A stretch of 64,000 nucleotides of DNA from Octopus sinensis (Eukaryota): assembly GCF_006345805.1 (NCBI RefSeq), contig NC_043003.1, positions 48,980,001-49,044,000 of the forward strand, in the 5' to 3' direction. The notes beneath the pieces were generated by a model that had not been told where the DNA came from, ran no database searches, and worked only from the letters and a program-made list of their open reading frames with translations. Position numbers and translations under genes: made by a program. This document shows positions 13,850 through 27,337 of the stretch, piece after piece (position 1 is the stretch's first letter; each line of letters opens with the position of its first letter).

Positions 13850-14000
13850 CGTCAACGATTCGAAGTACTGTTGTTACAAAGCTAGCGTAGCATGTTCAGC
13901 ATTGAGAATTTCGAAGCAAATGATGAGTGGTTATAACGGTTCAAAAATAAGCATGGAATGAGTATTCGAATTACTTGTGGTGAAGCAGGCAGCGTACCGA
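13850..14000 (+). mobile_element. Tigger/pogo transposase relic (CENP-B HTH region)
   Basis: NFEANDEWL*RFKNKHGMSIRITCGEAGSV matches the F.AS.GWL.RFK.RHG.....GE..SV motif. Confidence 0.65.
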
Positions 14001-16637
14001 CCGAGAAAAGTGAACCGGTCATGAAGAGATCGAATGATTAAAGCAGAAGCGTGGAGGATGAAACTGGATTATATTAGCAAATCCACCTATCTCGGAATAA
14101 ACAAGCTTTTAGCTTCACACCTCATCGTAAATTAAGTAAGGATTCCTTTTCTGCCGCTGTGATGTGCATTGACAGACGCAATGCACCGTTTCAAGGTAAT
14201 GATAGCAGAGAGGTCAGCATGATCCGAATTTTGAAACGCTATGCAACAGCCACTAAGGAACTGTTAACATTCCAAGAAATTGTGATCCAGCATGCTTATT
14301 TGTAAGGATCGGTTTTTCTTATATTTCGTTTCTGAGTTGCATTAAAACCAGTAATATGACCTCAAAATTCCTGCTAATTAGGTGAATATGCTAAGAATTT
14401 TGGGTAAGTGCTTAATTATGCAGGTGGTGACCAGGTGGTAAAATAAGGTGCCTATGCTAATGTTACCATTGTTATCAGCCAAGGAACCAATATACAAACG
14501 TTACCTGCAAAGGCGTTACACCAACGAACAAAGACAAAGCTCTCGTGGTGATAAAAAGGACGATTTTAAGAAAGATACTTGAGTATAAAGAACTCTCAAT
14601 AACAAGCCTGCAATATTTAGTCTGGTAGCTTAATGAAAGGCACTCACATATCAAACGCACACAACAAGAATGTATGTGTACACACACACACACACACACA
14701 CGTACGTGTGTTTATAATGAATACATACACACACACACATTTTCCGCCGTCTTTCTGCTTGTCTCTTACTTCATCTGTTTGTTTTCCAGATTGTTTGGTT
14801 CGTCTCTTTCTACTTCATTGCTTTTTTGTTATCTTCTCTTCCTATTTCCGCAATCTTTCTCCCTGTCTCACATTCTATTTGTCAGCCTGTCTACTTACCT
14901 GTCACACTCTGTCAGCTTTTTGTCTACTTGGCTGTTCGCCTCTATATGTTTGCTGCTGTATCTGTTGGTCTGTGTTTATATAGCAAGGAGAACCATGGTA
15001 GTTAAAATAAATGTAGCTGCTGTGAGGAAAGGAAAAAAATACTCGACGTTTCAGGATCAACGTTTAACAAAGAACAGAATAAAGATACCTGTGTGTTGTT
15101 ATCCGGGATCCGTGATAGAACAGTAGTAGGGAATCCAAACATCTGAACCTGTGATACAATAGTACATATAATCTTGATCTTCGTTTGGCACTGGACTGCA
15201 TTTTCGCAAAAGAGAAGTGCTGTAGGAAAAAGAGTAATCCCACCCGCTTACTATTCAGGAATCCTCAGTGTATGAATATGCATAACCAGGCATGCCATAT
15301 CGAGCTCTTTATGAGAAGGGTCTTGACATCTGATGCTCTACTATACCAATGGATGGTTTCACTTTCACAAATAACGAAAAAGCAGATCAGATCCCTGATT
15401 ACGTCTTGACTAGATCGAACAACGAGTTCTCAAAGTCGGTGAGGCCTGAGGCAGAAAAAAGAGAATATACGTATGTATGTGTTTTGCGTGTATTAGCATT
15501 TTGAGTATTGTGAGAGGGAGGATCAGGCCTTCTTTTGAGAGTGGTCGTGTGGGCGGAATTGCTGGGGTGTTATTCTTTCTCTGTTGTTGCTGGTGTTGTT
15601 TTTGTTAACTTTCGGGGTTCCTGTTGTTGATTGTGCTACTGCTATAGTTATTTTCGTTGATGCTATTGTTGGTATTGCTATTGCTGGTGCTGGTACTTTT
15701 CCTAATGTTGCTGTTTTATTTGCTGCTCTAGTTGTTCTTGCACTGGTTGTTTTGTCGGCAATATAACGGGACTTCTTTCCCGTTGTTTCCCCGCTGTTGT
15801 GTGTCGAAGGCCATCAGATGGTTACTGCTAATTCATGTGTAACATTACGGCTTTCTGTCTTCCATCACAAGATGCAGTTGGCTGACACTTGGGAGGGTTA
15901 ATTCGTTCAGAATCTTGTCCGAAATTTCAGGTTTTACTTGAAACAAAACTTCTTCACTAATTATAGACCAATTTTTTTGGCGCTACATTCTTTATGATCA
16001 CCATCAAGTTCTTCTTTATGTTAACAACAACAGGATGTTCAATTCAGCCGGCGCGTTCAACACATTTATTTTCATCATTCGCCAACTTACGGAACGAGGG
16101 AACATGCTTTATTCCTGCTAAGGACAGTACAATGCTTCTGTGAATGAGCTTCCGACTGAATTCTCTCTTAGGCAGTCCCATATTGCATTGAGGTTATTTT
16201 CTACTGGAGGACTTTTCTACTGAAGGGGTTACTTTCTACTTGCCAGTTCTTAGTCACTACGCACTGTCCACAACTCTTGGAGCACTGCTAATCTGTCCTC
16301 ATCTCCCCAGGGGAGCTTATTTTTAGCCTCTCTCAGCCGTTTATTTCTCCTCCAGAAAAAACATTTCCACATATTTTTTGTTTATTTTTGCGACACTCTC
16401 GCTTCAGCTGTTGCTTATGCTTGATACTGGTAGTTTAAACGGCTACAGCAAATGTGGTAGGATAGGAGTAGAAAAAAAATTGTTTTCGATGGATGTATGG
16501 GAAGTATCACCTGAAGACAGAACGGTTTGTTCAGTCGTCGTCGTATAAGTAAAAAACATTCATGATGGCAACTGTGTTGTCATTATCTTTTTCCTTCTCT
16601 CCCCACTTTGGGTAACTGACGTTGTAGTCATCGCTGT

Positions 16638-16846
16638 TTTCTTCTTCTTGTTCTTCTTGTTCTTGTTCTTCTTGTTCTTGTTCTTGTTCTTGTTCTCCTT
16701 CTTCTTCTTCTTCTTCTTCTTCTTCTTCTTCTTCTCTTCTTCTTCTTCTTCTTCTTCTTCTTCTTCTTCTCTTCTTCTTCTTCTTCTTCTCTTCTTCTTC
16801 TTCTTCTTCTTCTTCTTCTTCTTCTTCTTCTTCTTCTTCTTCTTCC
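16638..16846. repeat. (CTT)n tract, the (GAA)n tail of the adjacent minus-strand SINE
   Basis: Direct inspection. Confidence 0.9.
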
Positions 16847-17305
16847 AATCAGGACTCATGCCATTAGCCACTAAGAATAATCTCTAATTCGAGCCTACTC
16901 TAAGCTACTAAGAATGCGTGTGGCAACTTGAAGATCCACCCACCAAACGCGATAGACTGGCGGTTGCACGGGCGCGAAAGCTACGTTGTTATCCTCATTC
17001 CGTAAACGGTGGCTATTAACAGGTGGAGAGCTGAAACATCCCGGGGTACAGAGGATTTGCAATGTAGACTAGGGTCTGAATGCTTACCACACCATGGTTC
17101 TTCTGCTTTGTGGCAGAAGTAGGAAGAAAGAGTGGGAGAAAGCTGTGGTGAAAGAGTACAGCGGTATTCACCCCGCCCCGTCGGAGACTCGTGGAGCTTA
17201 GGTGTTTTTGCTCAATAAACACTTACAATGCCCGGTCTGGGAATCGAAACCGCATTCTTACGACCGCGAGTTCGCTACCCTAACCACTGGGCTATTGCGC
17301 CTCCA
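16847..17305 (-). mobile_element. SINE family C variant with (GAA)n tail
   Basis: tRNA-like head GGAGGCGCAATAGCCCAGTGGTTAGG...GGTTTCGATTCC; its body is shared with the element at 21382-21738. Confidence 0.8.
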
Positions 17306-17712
17306 CGTCGCCGTTGTTTTGTCGGCTCTCGTATTCTACATTGCTGTTGTCATCACTGATGTTCTTTCTTGATACTGGCAGAACCAGGAATTGTTTTATT
17401 GCTGTTGTTGGTTTAATTTTGTCTTCGATACTGTTACTGTTGCCTTTCCGTATGACATGTGGTTGCTGTGGTTAATGCTCATAGCTGTGTTATTGTTCGT
17501 AATGATGATATTGTTAACAATATTCCCCCAAAATTCTGCTATTTTTTCTTCATCTAGCAACATTTTCTAGGTAGGTGATAGTTTACTGCTATCATTACTG
17601 CTATCACGGCTCGACATTACTCCTATCACAGCTATAACGGCTGCTTTCGAGATTTCATTCATCTTTAAAAGTCAAGTATGCTAACATTTTTGTGAAGATG
17701 ATTGTCAATGGT

Positions 17713-17773
<61 letters not shown>

Positions 17774-18069
17774 AACACACTCATGCTTTAGGAATATGGA
17801 GCATCTGGTAGTGCAGGAGAAGCTTGTAGAGAACTGTCAAAAATGATTAAAAGCAAAAATTAAGCAACAGCAACAACAAAAAACAAGCCAAGCCCCTTGA
17901 CTTCCAAATATTCATAATTTAAAGAAAATAGCGTCTGCACATTTGTTACATTATGTACATTTATTACAATAGAGAATACAAAATCAAAACAAAACACTAC
18001 AGTTATCCAAGGCCCGCAGAACAGTAGTTCATAATGCATTGAAAGCACACATTGAAAACTGAACTACGG

Positions 18070-18082
18070 AGTAATAATAATG

Positions 18083-18138
<56 letters not shown>

Positions 18139-18160
18139 TAATAATAATAATAAAAATAAT

Positions 18161-18200
<40 letters not shown>

Positions 18201-18217
18201 TAATGATAATAATAATA

Positions 18218-18254
<37 letters not shown>

Positions 18255-18460
18255 CGATGATGACGATGATGACGATGATGACGATGATGACGATGACGAC
18301 GATGACGACGACGACGATGACGATGATGACGATGATGACGATGGTGACGATGGTGATGATGATGACGATGATGACGATGATGACGACGACGACGACGACG
18401 ATGACGATGATGACGATGATGACGATGATGACGATGATGATGATGATGATGATGAAAAAA
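18070..18460. repeat. (AAT)n grading into (GAT)n/(GAC)n
   Basis: Direct inspection. Confidence 0.95.
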
Positions 18461-18461
18461 A

Positions 18462-18979
18462 ATGGCCTGATGCAGTACCCGGCAGTAGCTTCGTGGCTTC
18501 TGATCTTAACTGATTGGAAGTGTTATCCTGTATAATTTTTTGTCTTGGTATAAATGATGGGCTACAGCAAATATTCTGCTCAATACCAGAGATTTGCTTG
18601 TTAGTTGTTTGACCATAACCAATTGAGCATGTCCCTTAGTGGCTGACGATATGTGTATCTCTGATCATGAGCAGAAGTAGTGGGGGAGCATCATAGCCGT
18701 GTTTTGAAAGGAATTTTTTGAGGTTTGGTTCTTTCAACAGCCTTAAACAATCCTTATTCAGAGACCTTTTGAGCGGGATGGGTTACTCGATCAGAAGAAA
18801 ATTCTAACTGGGCCCCACTTGCGTTGTTTATCTTGGTATGAGATCACCATGTCGCGCACATATGGTTGTGATGCATATGCCTGGTGAACCCTTATCAGAC
18901 GGGTAATCATGATGGGTATACTGGGCTTCGTATATTTTACCCCAGTCTCACTTTGATGGCATGCACTGCTCTCTCACTC
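18462..18979 (+). mobile_element. Repeat family E: non-coding element with (AAT)n tail
   Basis: Homologous to 25933-26232, 30079-30329, 31345-31873 and 43226-43640; ends ...GCACTGCTCTCTCACTC(AAT)n. Confidence 0.85.
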
Positions 18980-19053
<74 letters not shown>

Positions 19054-19118
19054 CAATAAGAGGAGCGCGACTGTTATTGGTAATAAATAGAAAGTAAATA
19101 AATAAATAGTAATAAATA

Positions 19119-19349
19119 GGCGGCGAGCTGGCAGAAACGTTAGCACGCCGGGCGAAATGCTTAGCGGTATTTCGTCTGCGTTACGTTGTGAGTTCAAATT
19201 CCGCCGAAGTCGACTTTGCCTTTCATCCTTTCGGGGTCTATAAATTAAGTACCAGTTACGCACTGGGGTCGATGTAATCGACTTAATACCTATGTCTGTC
19301 CTTGTTTGTCCCCTCTGTGTTTAGCCCCTTGTGGGTAATAAAGAAATAG
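19119..19349 (+). mobile_element. SINE family A, full length
   Basis: Complete copy flanked by a GTAATAAATAG duplication. Confidence 0.9.
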
Positions 19350-19377
19350 GTAATAAATAGAAATTGACACTGTTTAC

Positions 19378-20675
19378 TAAAATGAAACGAATGAACAATA
19401 TTTCGACGTACCGTGTGTCTTTTACCAATTCAAAATATAAAATGAAATGAAATTCAGAGACAGGAAACTCTGAAACATTCAAAATTAAACCGGAATAACT
19501 GCGTTTCTTTCCAGGTGAAACGACGTCATCTGTCCAGATGAAACGACGTCAAAAGGTAGCAGAAGGAAGGAAAGAAAGAAAATAACAAAGAGAAAGAAAA
19601 GGATGGGGGGAAATTAATTATTCAGTCAAAAAGTTTAGTGTAAATATGGTGGAATTCACCTGTCATTTTATTAATTCCTCTAGGCTGAGATGTTAACAAT
19701 TCACAAATATATCTATCCTCATAGGTTTTGAGGGACTGAAAGCGCAGTGGAGTGAGGGTATTTTTTGAGAATGTGCACCTTCAGGTCTTCCTCAAATTCA
19801 CACCCGTTTGATGTGAAATGTTCCGCATGTTCTGTGGAATCACTGTTATCGTACCTGACGTCGTACCTATGTCCGTTAAATCTTTTTAATAAGCGTTCTG
19901 TTGTGCAACCAACATAAATCATTTTGCGTTTGGTGCATTCCACTGCATACACCAAATTGGAATCCTTACAGGTCCTTCGTTCGGTGTAAATCATAACATT
20001 TCTGTTATAATTCTTGATGGAATTGGTCTGATTCATGTTATTGCACGACAAACAGGGCTTACCTCTCTTATGGGTGTCTTTGGAGGGTGCAGTATTCAGA
20101 AACTCCAACGGCGTTTTTATTAGAGGTATTGGTCAATATTTCTCTAATATTTCTTATTTCTTTATTGTCCACAAGGAGCTAAACATAGAGGGGACAAACA
20201 AGGACAGACAAAGGGATTAAGTCGATTACATCGACCCAGTACGTAACTGGTACTTAATTTACCGACCCCGAAAGGATGAAAGGCAAAGTCGACCTCGGCA
20301 GAATTTGAACTCAGAACGTAACGGCAGACGAAATACAGCTAAACATTTCGCTCGGCGTGCTAACGATTCTGCCAGCTCGCCGCTTTATTTCTAATATTTC
20401 TATTTCTCTAATATTTCTATTACGTCTAAAGGCTACAATAGTCGCAAGAGGAAATATTTGTCGGAAATGAGGATATTTTTCTGAAATATGTTGGTAACTG
20501 TCATGCAGCACTTTTGAAACTTCGGTGCCAGTTAATCACTAAAGGAATTCGGTCATAAGCTCTTTTCCGACTGTTAAGATTCGGCGTGAAAGTTTCGTTA
20601 TCACTGCAAATTTCAGCGATGTCATTCGCGATTTCCTTTAATCGTGATTCACTATAACCGCGCTTTATATAATGT
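19378..20675 (-). mobile_element. Penelope-like element 3' part (linker, CxxC, GIY-YIG, 3' UTR); left arm of an inverted pair
   Basis: ORF 19719-20108: PCLSC...CKDSNLVYAVECTKRKMIYVGCTTERLLKRFNGHRYDV (GIY-YIG); upstream IVAFRRNRNIRE linker. Confidence 0.9.
20154..20385 (-). mobile_element. SINE family A inserted in the PLE left arm
   Basis: Full copy; TTTCTCTAATATTTCT is duplicated on both sides; the site is empty in the right arm. Confidence 0.9.
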
Positions 20676-20715
20676 CTTTATATTTCTGTGACTGCTTCGC
20701 GGAAGACTGTGGCTT

Positions 20716-22360
20716 TAAGTCCAATGTAATATTCACATACAGCTTTTCAAAAAGTAGTGTCGAATTTTTGGACACAAAAGTTAAGTTTTCGGAAGGCCAA
20801 ATAATCACAGAATTATTTTAGAAACCCACGTCATCTCATATTCATCTCTACCGCTCTGATCATCCACATAATACAATCAGATCAAATCCGAAGTGCCAGT
20901 TTTTGAGGATAAGACGTATTTGAACAGACATTGGGGATTATTGGAAACATGCAAATGCTTTTGTGCGCCATATTGTAGAGCGCGGTTAAAGGGAATCACG
21001 ATTAAAGGAAATCGCGAATGACATAGCGGAAATTAGTTGTGATAATCAAACTTTCACGCCAAATTTTAACAATCAGAAAAGAGCTTATGGCCGAATTCCT
21101 TTAGTGATTAACTGGCACCGAAATTTTGCTGATATTTCAAAAGTGCTGCATGGCAGTTTCCAGCATATTTCAGAAAAATATCCTCGTTTCCGACAAATAT
21201 TCCGTCTTCCGCCTATTGTAGCTTTTAGACGCAATAGAAATATTAGAGAAATATTGACCAGTACCTCTAATAAAAGCTCCATTGAAGTTTCTGAGCGCTG
21301 CACCCCCCAAAAACACACATAAGAGAGGTAAGCACTGTTCGTTGTGCAGTAACATGAGTCAGACCAATTCCATCAAGAATTCGTCATCGTGGCATTCCGT
21401 CGGTTACGACGACGAGGGTTCCAGTTGATCCGATCAACGGAACAGCCTGCTCATGAAATTAACGTATAAGTGGCTGAGCAGTCCAAAGACACGCGTACCC
21501 TTAACGTAGTTGTCGGGGAGATTGAGCGTGACATAGAGTATGACATAGCTGGCCCTTTAAAATACAGGTACAACAGAAACAGGAAGAAAGAGTGGGAGAA
21601 AGTTATAGTGAAAGAATAGAGCAGGGTTCGCTACAACCCCCTGCCAGAGCCTCATGGAGCTTTAGGTGTTTTCGCTCAATAAACACTCACAACGTCTGGT
21701 CTGGGAATTGAAATCGCGATCCCACGACCGCCTCCTCTCATCAAGAATTATAACAGAAATGATATGATTTACACAGAAGGAGGGACCTGTAAGGATTCCC
21801 ATTCCGCGTATGCAACGGAATGCATCAAACACAAAATGAGGTATGTTGGTTGCACAACATTTAACGAATATAGGTACGGCGTCAGGCACAATAACAGTGG
21901 TTCCACAGAACTTGAGAAGCATTTCACATCAAACAGATGTAAATTTGAGGAAGTCCTGAAGGTGCACATTCTCAAATAATACCCTCACCCACTGCGCTTT
22001 TAGTCCCTCAAAACCTATGAGGATAGATATATTTGTGAACTGTTAACATCTCAGCCTAGAAGAATTAATAAAATGACAGGTGAATTCCACCATATTTACA
22101 CAAAAACTTTTTGACTGAATAATTATTTTTCCCCAATCCATTTCTTTCTTTTTGTTTTTTCTTTCTTTCCTTCCTTCTGCTACCTTTTGACGTCGTTTCA
22201 TCTGGACAGATGACGTCGTTTCACCTGGAAAGAAACGCAGTTATTCCGGTTTAATTTTGAATGTTTCAGAGTTTCCTATCTCTGAATTTCATTTCATTTT
22301 ATTTTTTGAATTGGTAAAAGACACACGGTATGCCGAAATATTGTTCATTCGTTTCATTTT
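20716..22360 (+). mobile_element. Penelope-like element pseudogene (RT thumb to GIY-YIG and 3' UTR); right arm
   Basis: VIFTYSFSKSSVEFLDTKV..IITELF*KPT..HPHNTIRSNPKCQFLRIRRI (PLE RT C-terminus), PPIVAFRRNRNIREIL, HCSLC, YATECIKHKMRYVGCTT; several stop codons. Confidence 0.9.
21382..21738 (-). mobile_element. SINE family C variant inserted in the PLE right arm
   Basis: 11-bp TSD CATCAAGAATT at 21371-21381 and 21739-21749; the site is empty in the left arm. Confidence 0.88.
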
Positions 22361-22416
22361 CTCACCAGCCTTTCGGTTAATAGCCGAACGCGCAAACCGA
22401 TTGGGTCATAGAGACG

Positions 22417-22493
<77 letters not shown>

Positions 22494-22773
22494 TAATGAT
22501 TTCACTTATTTGCCACAAAGGTGAAGGATGAGGGAGATAGTTCAAAGAAAGAAAAATGTGGGAATTTACATATAATGAAATGATAAAATAATAATATAAA
22601 AAAAAGTAACAATAATAAACAGCAACAAACTATGTTTTGATGTTAATTTAATGAAAAAAAAATCAAAATATAGTTGCAGAAAAAGAAAGAAGATTCAACA
22701 AAGTAGCAGTTGCACGAATTATCAGTTATTCGAATTATTGAAAATAATCGAAATAGAGATAGATAGACAGACT

Positions 22774-22859
<86 letters not shown>

Positions 22860-23479
22860 TTATGTTTATGTTTACAGTCTGAAAACCGATGTAGTTTATG
22901 TTAAAGTCTCTTTATAGCCTTCATCATGGCTGGTTCAAAATCTGTGTTAATGGAATAAATATTTGAAAATGGCGCTAATGTTTCTACTGTTCGAAGAAAT
23001 TAGGAATTCAACGAAGTTTGCCAAAAAAAGAAATATGTAATAATCTCATGCCATGTGCAACTGCACATGTGTGTATATGTGTGTGTGTATGTGTGTGTGT
23101 GTGAGTGTGTGTACATGTGAGTGCGTGCGTGTGTTTGTTGTTTATGTTTACAGTCGAAAAACCGCTTTTTGCATTTTAATAAAAAATCATTTTAATAAAA
23201 TGTGACAGAGTATTTTTCGAAAAAATGAAAATTCAATATTTGCAGCAATTCGATTAATTGTTGATTCTAGCAACTGTTGCTTCTATCAATGATATTAATA
23301 TCTGAACAGTAAAAACGTCCATACATTTAGAAAACATTAGCTGGGAATATTATACACATTAAATTATTATTTGAAACAGAGATAAATGGTAAGAAGATGA
23401 GGGTGAAATATTTTTCATTTTAGCATTGGAACAGAGGTTTCTTATCAGAAACCACGAAATGTATATAAGGCAGCAAGAT

Positions 23480-23800
23480 ATATTAAGTAACTGCGGAGTA
23501 TAGGGAGGCCGGGAAGAAACAATTAACCACATTGTTTCTGGCTGTCTAAGGTTAGCCAAAGAAGAATGCATCTACAGATGCGACAAAATTAGAGATTTTC
23601 ATGCACTAAATGTTATGCGAATTAAAAGTTAACAGAAAAGAGGCAGTATAAATATATACCAGAAGAAGATTCCAGAAAATGATAGAGCGTCAATCCACAT
23701 AAATAGGGAAAGCAAGGCAAATCGAACGGATATTGCTGTTGAGGACTCCAGAAAATAAAATACACTCTAATATAAATATAACACAACAAATAGATCAACT
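23480..23800 (+). mobile_element. Degenerate R4/Dong-clade LINE CCHC/RLE fragment
   Basis: EETINHIVSGCLRLAKEECIYRCDK resembles the ETI.HI.SGC..LA..EY..RHD motif. Confidence 0.6.
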
Positions 23801-24024
23801 TACCTACAAACGGGTGAGAAGTAACAATCTGGGTTCGCTCAGAGGGCTCCACGACCCCAACTATTCTTCTCTTCCATTTAGTCCGGAAACATGTATTCAA
23901 ATTTTCTAATTTTTAGTGAGGACGTACAAAAATCTCACGTTGTGCAAATTATTTCCTGAGACAAAAGTATGTGTGCTCTGAATGTATAAGTAGCATAGTT
24001 ATTAAATACTACGTTATTTTATGC

Positions 24025-24920
24025 CCACCACAAGATCCAGTCACTTGTTGCGTTATGGTGGTTTGTGCGCCTCGACGACGTTGAGAGCTATGCTAGAAGA
24101 GCGAAAGCTCTTTGTGGGGCCTCTCATACAAGACAAGTAAAAGATAGAGAATACACTAATATGGCTAATCTCTTCCCAGAGGTAAAAATGGGTTTGCGTA
24201 GAGTAGGTGAGAATTGATGATCCCCGAAAACTTGAAGTCTTCAACCATTACAGCTGACGTCAAATTCTACGTGTTTGTCTAGTGGACATCATTTCGAATC
24301 CCAAAATACGACAACACTGCTGCATCAATTCTCTGCAACAAGCTCTCCTCGCAAGACGTCTAAGGTGGCTTTGTCATACTCTCCGTCAACCTCCAGGAGG
24401 ATTCATTCGCAAGGCGATCAACCCTCCCAGGCCGGTATGAACGGACAGGAGGACGACTGAAGACGTGACTGGTTACGGTAAAGGCGAACGTGGAAGCACA
24501 ATTGGGACCCTCATCTATGGTCTTCAGCAGTGGAACCGGGAGCGGGTATCCATTACTGCTTCGGCTGCGACCGATTGTCGGATGCGGTCAGCATTCGTGA
24601 GGGACGTGGTGAACTCGTTAGTCGAAGCCAGTTCAACCCAGCTTGGGTGGGTGAATATCGCTGCAAGTATAAGTAAATTCGTAAGAAAGTAGAAAACTCC
24701 TACCTAGAATGAAGCAAAGCTACAGAAGCATCGATAGCAATTCAAAGCCAACAAAACGTGGAAGAGAGAGAGGAATACTTCCCTTAGAGATGGGATACTG
24801 AGACAGAGCAATAAAAGCTGGAATCCAACTGGAGAAAAGCAGAAAGTTAGTTCAGAGTTGAGGACAATGGAGAAAAGTCGTCGATGTTCTCTGCTCCACA
24901 GGTAGCCAAGGGTTTAAGTA
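24025..24920 (+). mobile_element. Composite RTE-derived element (5' UTR-like head, RTE C-terminal fragment, second RTE 3' end)
   Basis: 17-bp TSD ACTACGTTATTTTATGC at 24008-24024 and 24921-24937; peptides RRLRWLCHTLR, QQWNRE...AFVRDVVNSL and QWRKVVDVLCSTG. Confidence 0.75.
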
Positions 24921-25519
24921 ACTACGTTATTTTATGCAAGTGACTCTTCGTCCGTAAGCTAAATTTCTCGTGTGCCGTTCAATTTCTTTTGTGCACTGGT
25001 TATGAAACGTGTGTGCATGCGTGTGTACAACTGGACAGCCTGGATAGAAAAGTGCCAGTTCTTTGTATTAGCGGAGAATGTATGGAAGTTTGATGGAGGT
25101 GATTCAAATGTGTTCCATACCCCCTGGGAAAGGTTTAGTAATTATTTTACCACCACCGATTGGATGAAAGACAAACGTGGAATAGAAATGGAGTAAAGAG
25201 TGACAGAGTGGAATAGATTTAGTCTGGACAGATACTATTTCTCACCAACGATGTCGGATAAATAAATAAATTGCCAATGGAGAATAATCAAAGTGATAGA
25301 TTTAATAGATAACATTAGATTAGATAAGATTAGAAGGAAGGCACGCTTGGATATTAATAGGAAATTCGAAGTCTATACATGTCATCGTTTCCATATATGC
25401 GCACGCGCGCACATACATACACACACGCACACACACATTCAAACACACACACACATATATGGGTATCTGTGATTGTGTGTCACTATACATTGTGTCTGCC
25501 TATGTGCATGTATGTATCC

Positions 25520-25619
<100 letters not shown>

Positions 25620-25932
25620 ATATCTATCTATCGTATAACACATATGGCTGTGTTATACGTTTGTGGTATCTGTATATATGTGTGTTTGAGCGTGTGTGTG
25701 TATGTGTGCGCCTTTCTGGGAGTGTGTGTATGTGTATGTGTAAGAGTGTGTGTGTGTGTCAGTGTGTCCCAGTTGCTTGTTAATATAATTGAATTTCCCT
25801 CAGTAGGAGAGAAGTTAGTCTCTTCATGACGAAGATTTATTTTGTTGGTACTTTAGAGAATTCCATTCAAATGCTGAATGCTTCAGGAATGCTTTGTACA
25901 TTGCCGCCGTCATCGACGTAGCTGTTGTTGCT

Positions 25933-26232
25933 ATGCCATCAAAGTGACACTGGGATACAAATATACGAAGCCCAGTACACCCATCATAACTATCCGTCTG
26001 ATAAGGGTACACCAGGCACATGAATCGCAACCATATATGCGCGACATGATGATCTCATATTAAGATAAACAGCGCATGACCTTGTAGGTGGGGCCCACTT
26101 TGAATTTTCTTCAGGTTGAGCAGCCCATTCCACTTAAAAGGTCCCTGAATAAAGTTTGTTTAAGGATGTTGAGCGCAAAACCCGTGTTTCCAGAGGTGAA
26201 TTATTCAAACCCCAAAGAATTCCTTTTAACAC
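25933..26232 (-). mobile_element. Repeat family E, partial
   Basis: ATGCCATCAAAGTGACACTGGG... aligns with the 31345 copy. Confidence 0.8.
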
Positions 26233-26521
26233 TCCGAAAGGATGAAAGGCAAAGTCAACCTCGGCGGAATTTGAACTCAGAACGTAGCGGCAGACGAAAT
26301 ACCTATTTCTTTACTATCCACAAGGGGCTAAACACAGCAGGGACAAACAAGGACAGACAAATGGATTAAGTCGATTACATCGACCCCAGTGCGTAACTGG
26401 TACTTATTTAATCGACCCCGAAAGGATGAAAGGCAAAGTCGACCTCGGCGGAATTTGAACGCAGAACGTAACGGCTAAGCATTTCATCCGGCGTACTAAT
26501 GTCTCTGCCTGCTCGCCGCCT
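26233..26521 (-). mobile_element. SINE family A, tandem (full copy plus partial copy)
   Basis: Two CCGAAAGGATGAAAGGCAAAGTC blocks, at about 26233 and 26418. Confidence 0.85.
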
Positions 26522-26696
26522 TTATGCATTACTAAATAATGCAATGCAAGATGTACCAAGAACATATTTTAGGAATGCAACTCATACAGTATGCACAAGA
26601 ATGTTACGAATTATTATACGCATTATTGAAATGTACAAGTATTACGCAACTCCTCATCTATTTTCATTGATCTACTGATATATATATATATATATA

Positions 26697-27070
26697 CTAG
26701 CAGTATCGCCCGGCGTTGCTCAGGTTTGTAAGGGAAATAACTATAAAGCATTTTTAGAGAGTTATAGCCAAAAAATAGCAAAAAAATGGGAAAAAAATGA
26801 TGGTAATTTTTTTTGAGAGTTAAAAAAGGTGGAGTTGCGTCCCCTAGACGGTCTGTGGTTTGGGTTTCTGATTCTCGACCCCATATCGAATTTATCGATT
26901 TTTTTTCAGAACTGGGGGAACTTTTCAAAATTTTCGCTGCGTTAGTTTTGAATTATGACATTGGGCGGTTGTGTCAAGTTTCATCAGAATCGGTTGAAAG
27001 CCGTCAGAGTGGGGGTACGAGAAAACAGACACACAGAAAACGCACAGACAAACTGCCGTTTATATAGAGA
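26697..27070 (-). mobile_element. Non-autonomous Helitron
   Basis: Minus strand reads A|TCTCTATATAAAC...CCTGAGCAACGCCGGG (subterminal hairpin)...CTAG|T. It is inserted at an AT dinucleotide in (TA)n with no TSD. Confidence 0.8.
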
Positions 27071-27093
27071 TATATATATATATATATACATAA

Positions 27094-27190
<97 letters not shown>

Positions 27191-27192
27191 TA

Positions 27193-27230
<38 letters not shown>

Positions 27231-27337
27231 TTATATTATATATATATATATTATTATACTATATATACATATATATATAAAGAAAAAAGATATTCAGAAT
27301 GTTGGATGGTTGTAAAAATATATATTTATTATTACTT

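Noticed and set aside
15500-16200. Possible minus-strand LINE ORF1 zinc-knuckle relic (EDRKP*CY)
   Set aside because: Too degenerate to support as a feature.
16531-16887. Poly-E/K/R ORFs
   Set aside because: (GAA)n SINE tail.
22305-22355. Possible hammerhead in the PLE 3' UTR (GAC...GTCGAAA, mirrored at about 19395-19430)
   Set aside because: The CUGANGA core is absent in both arms, so it cannot be called.
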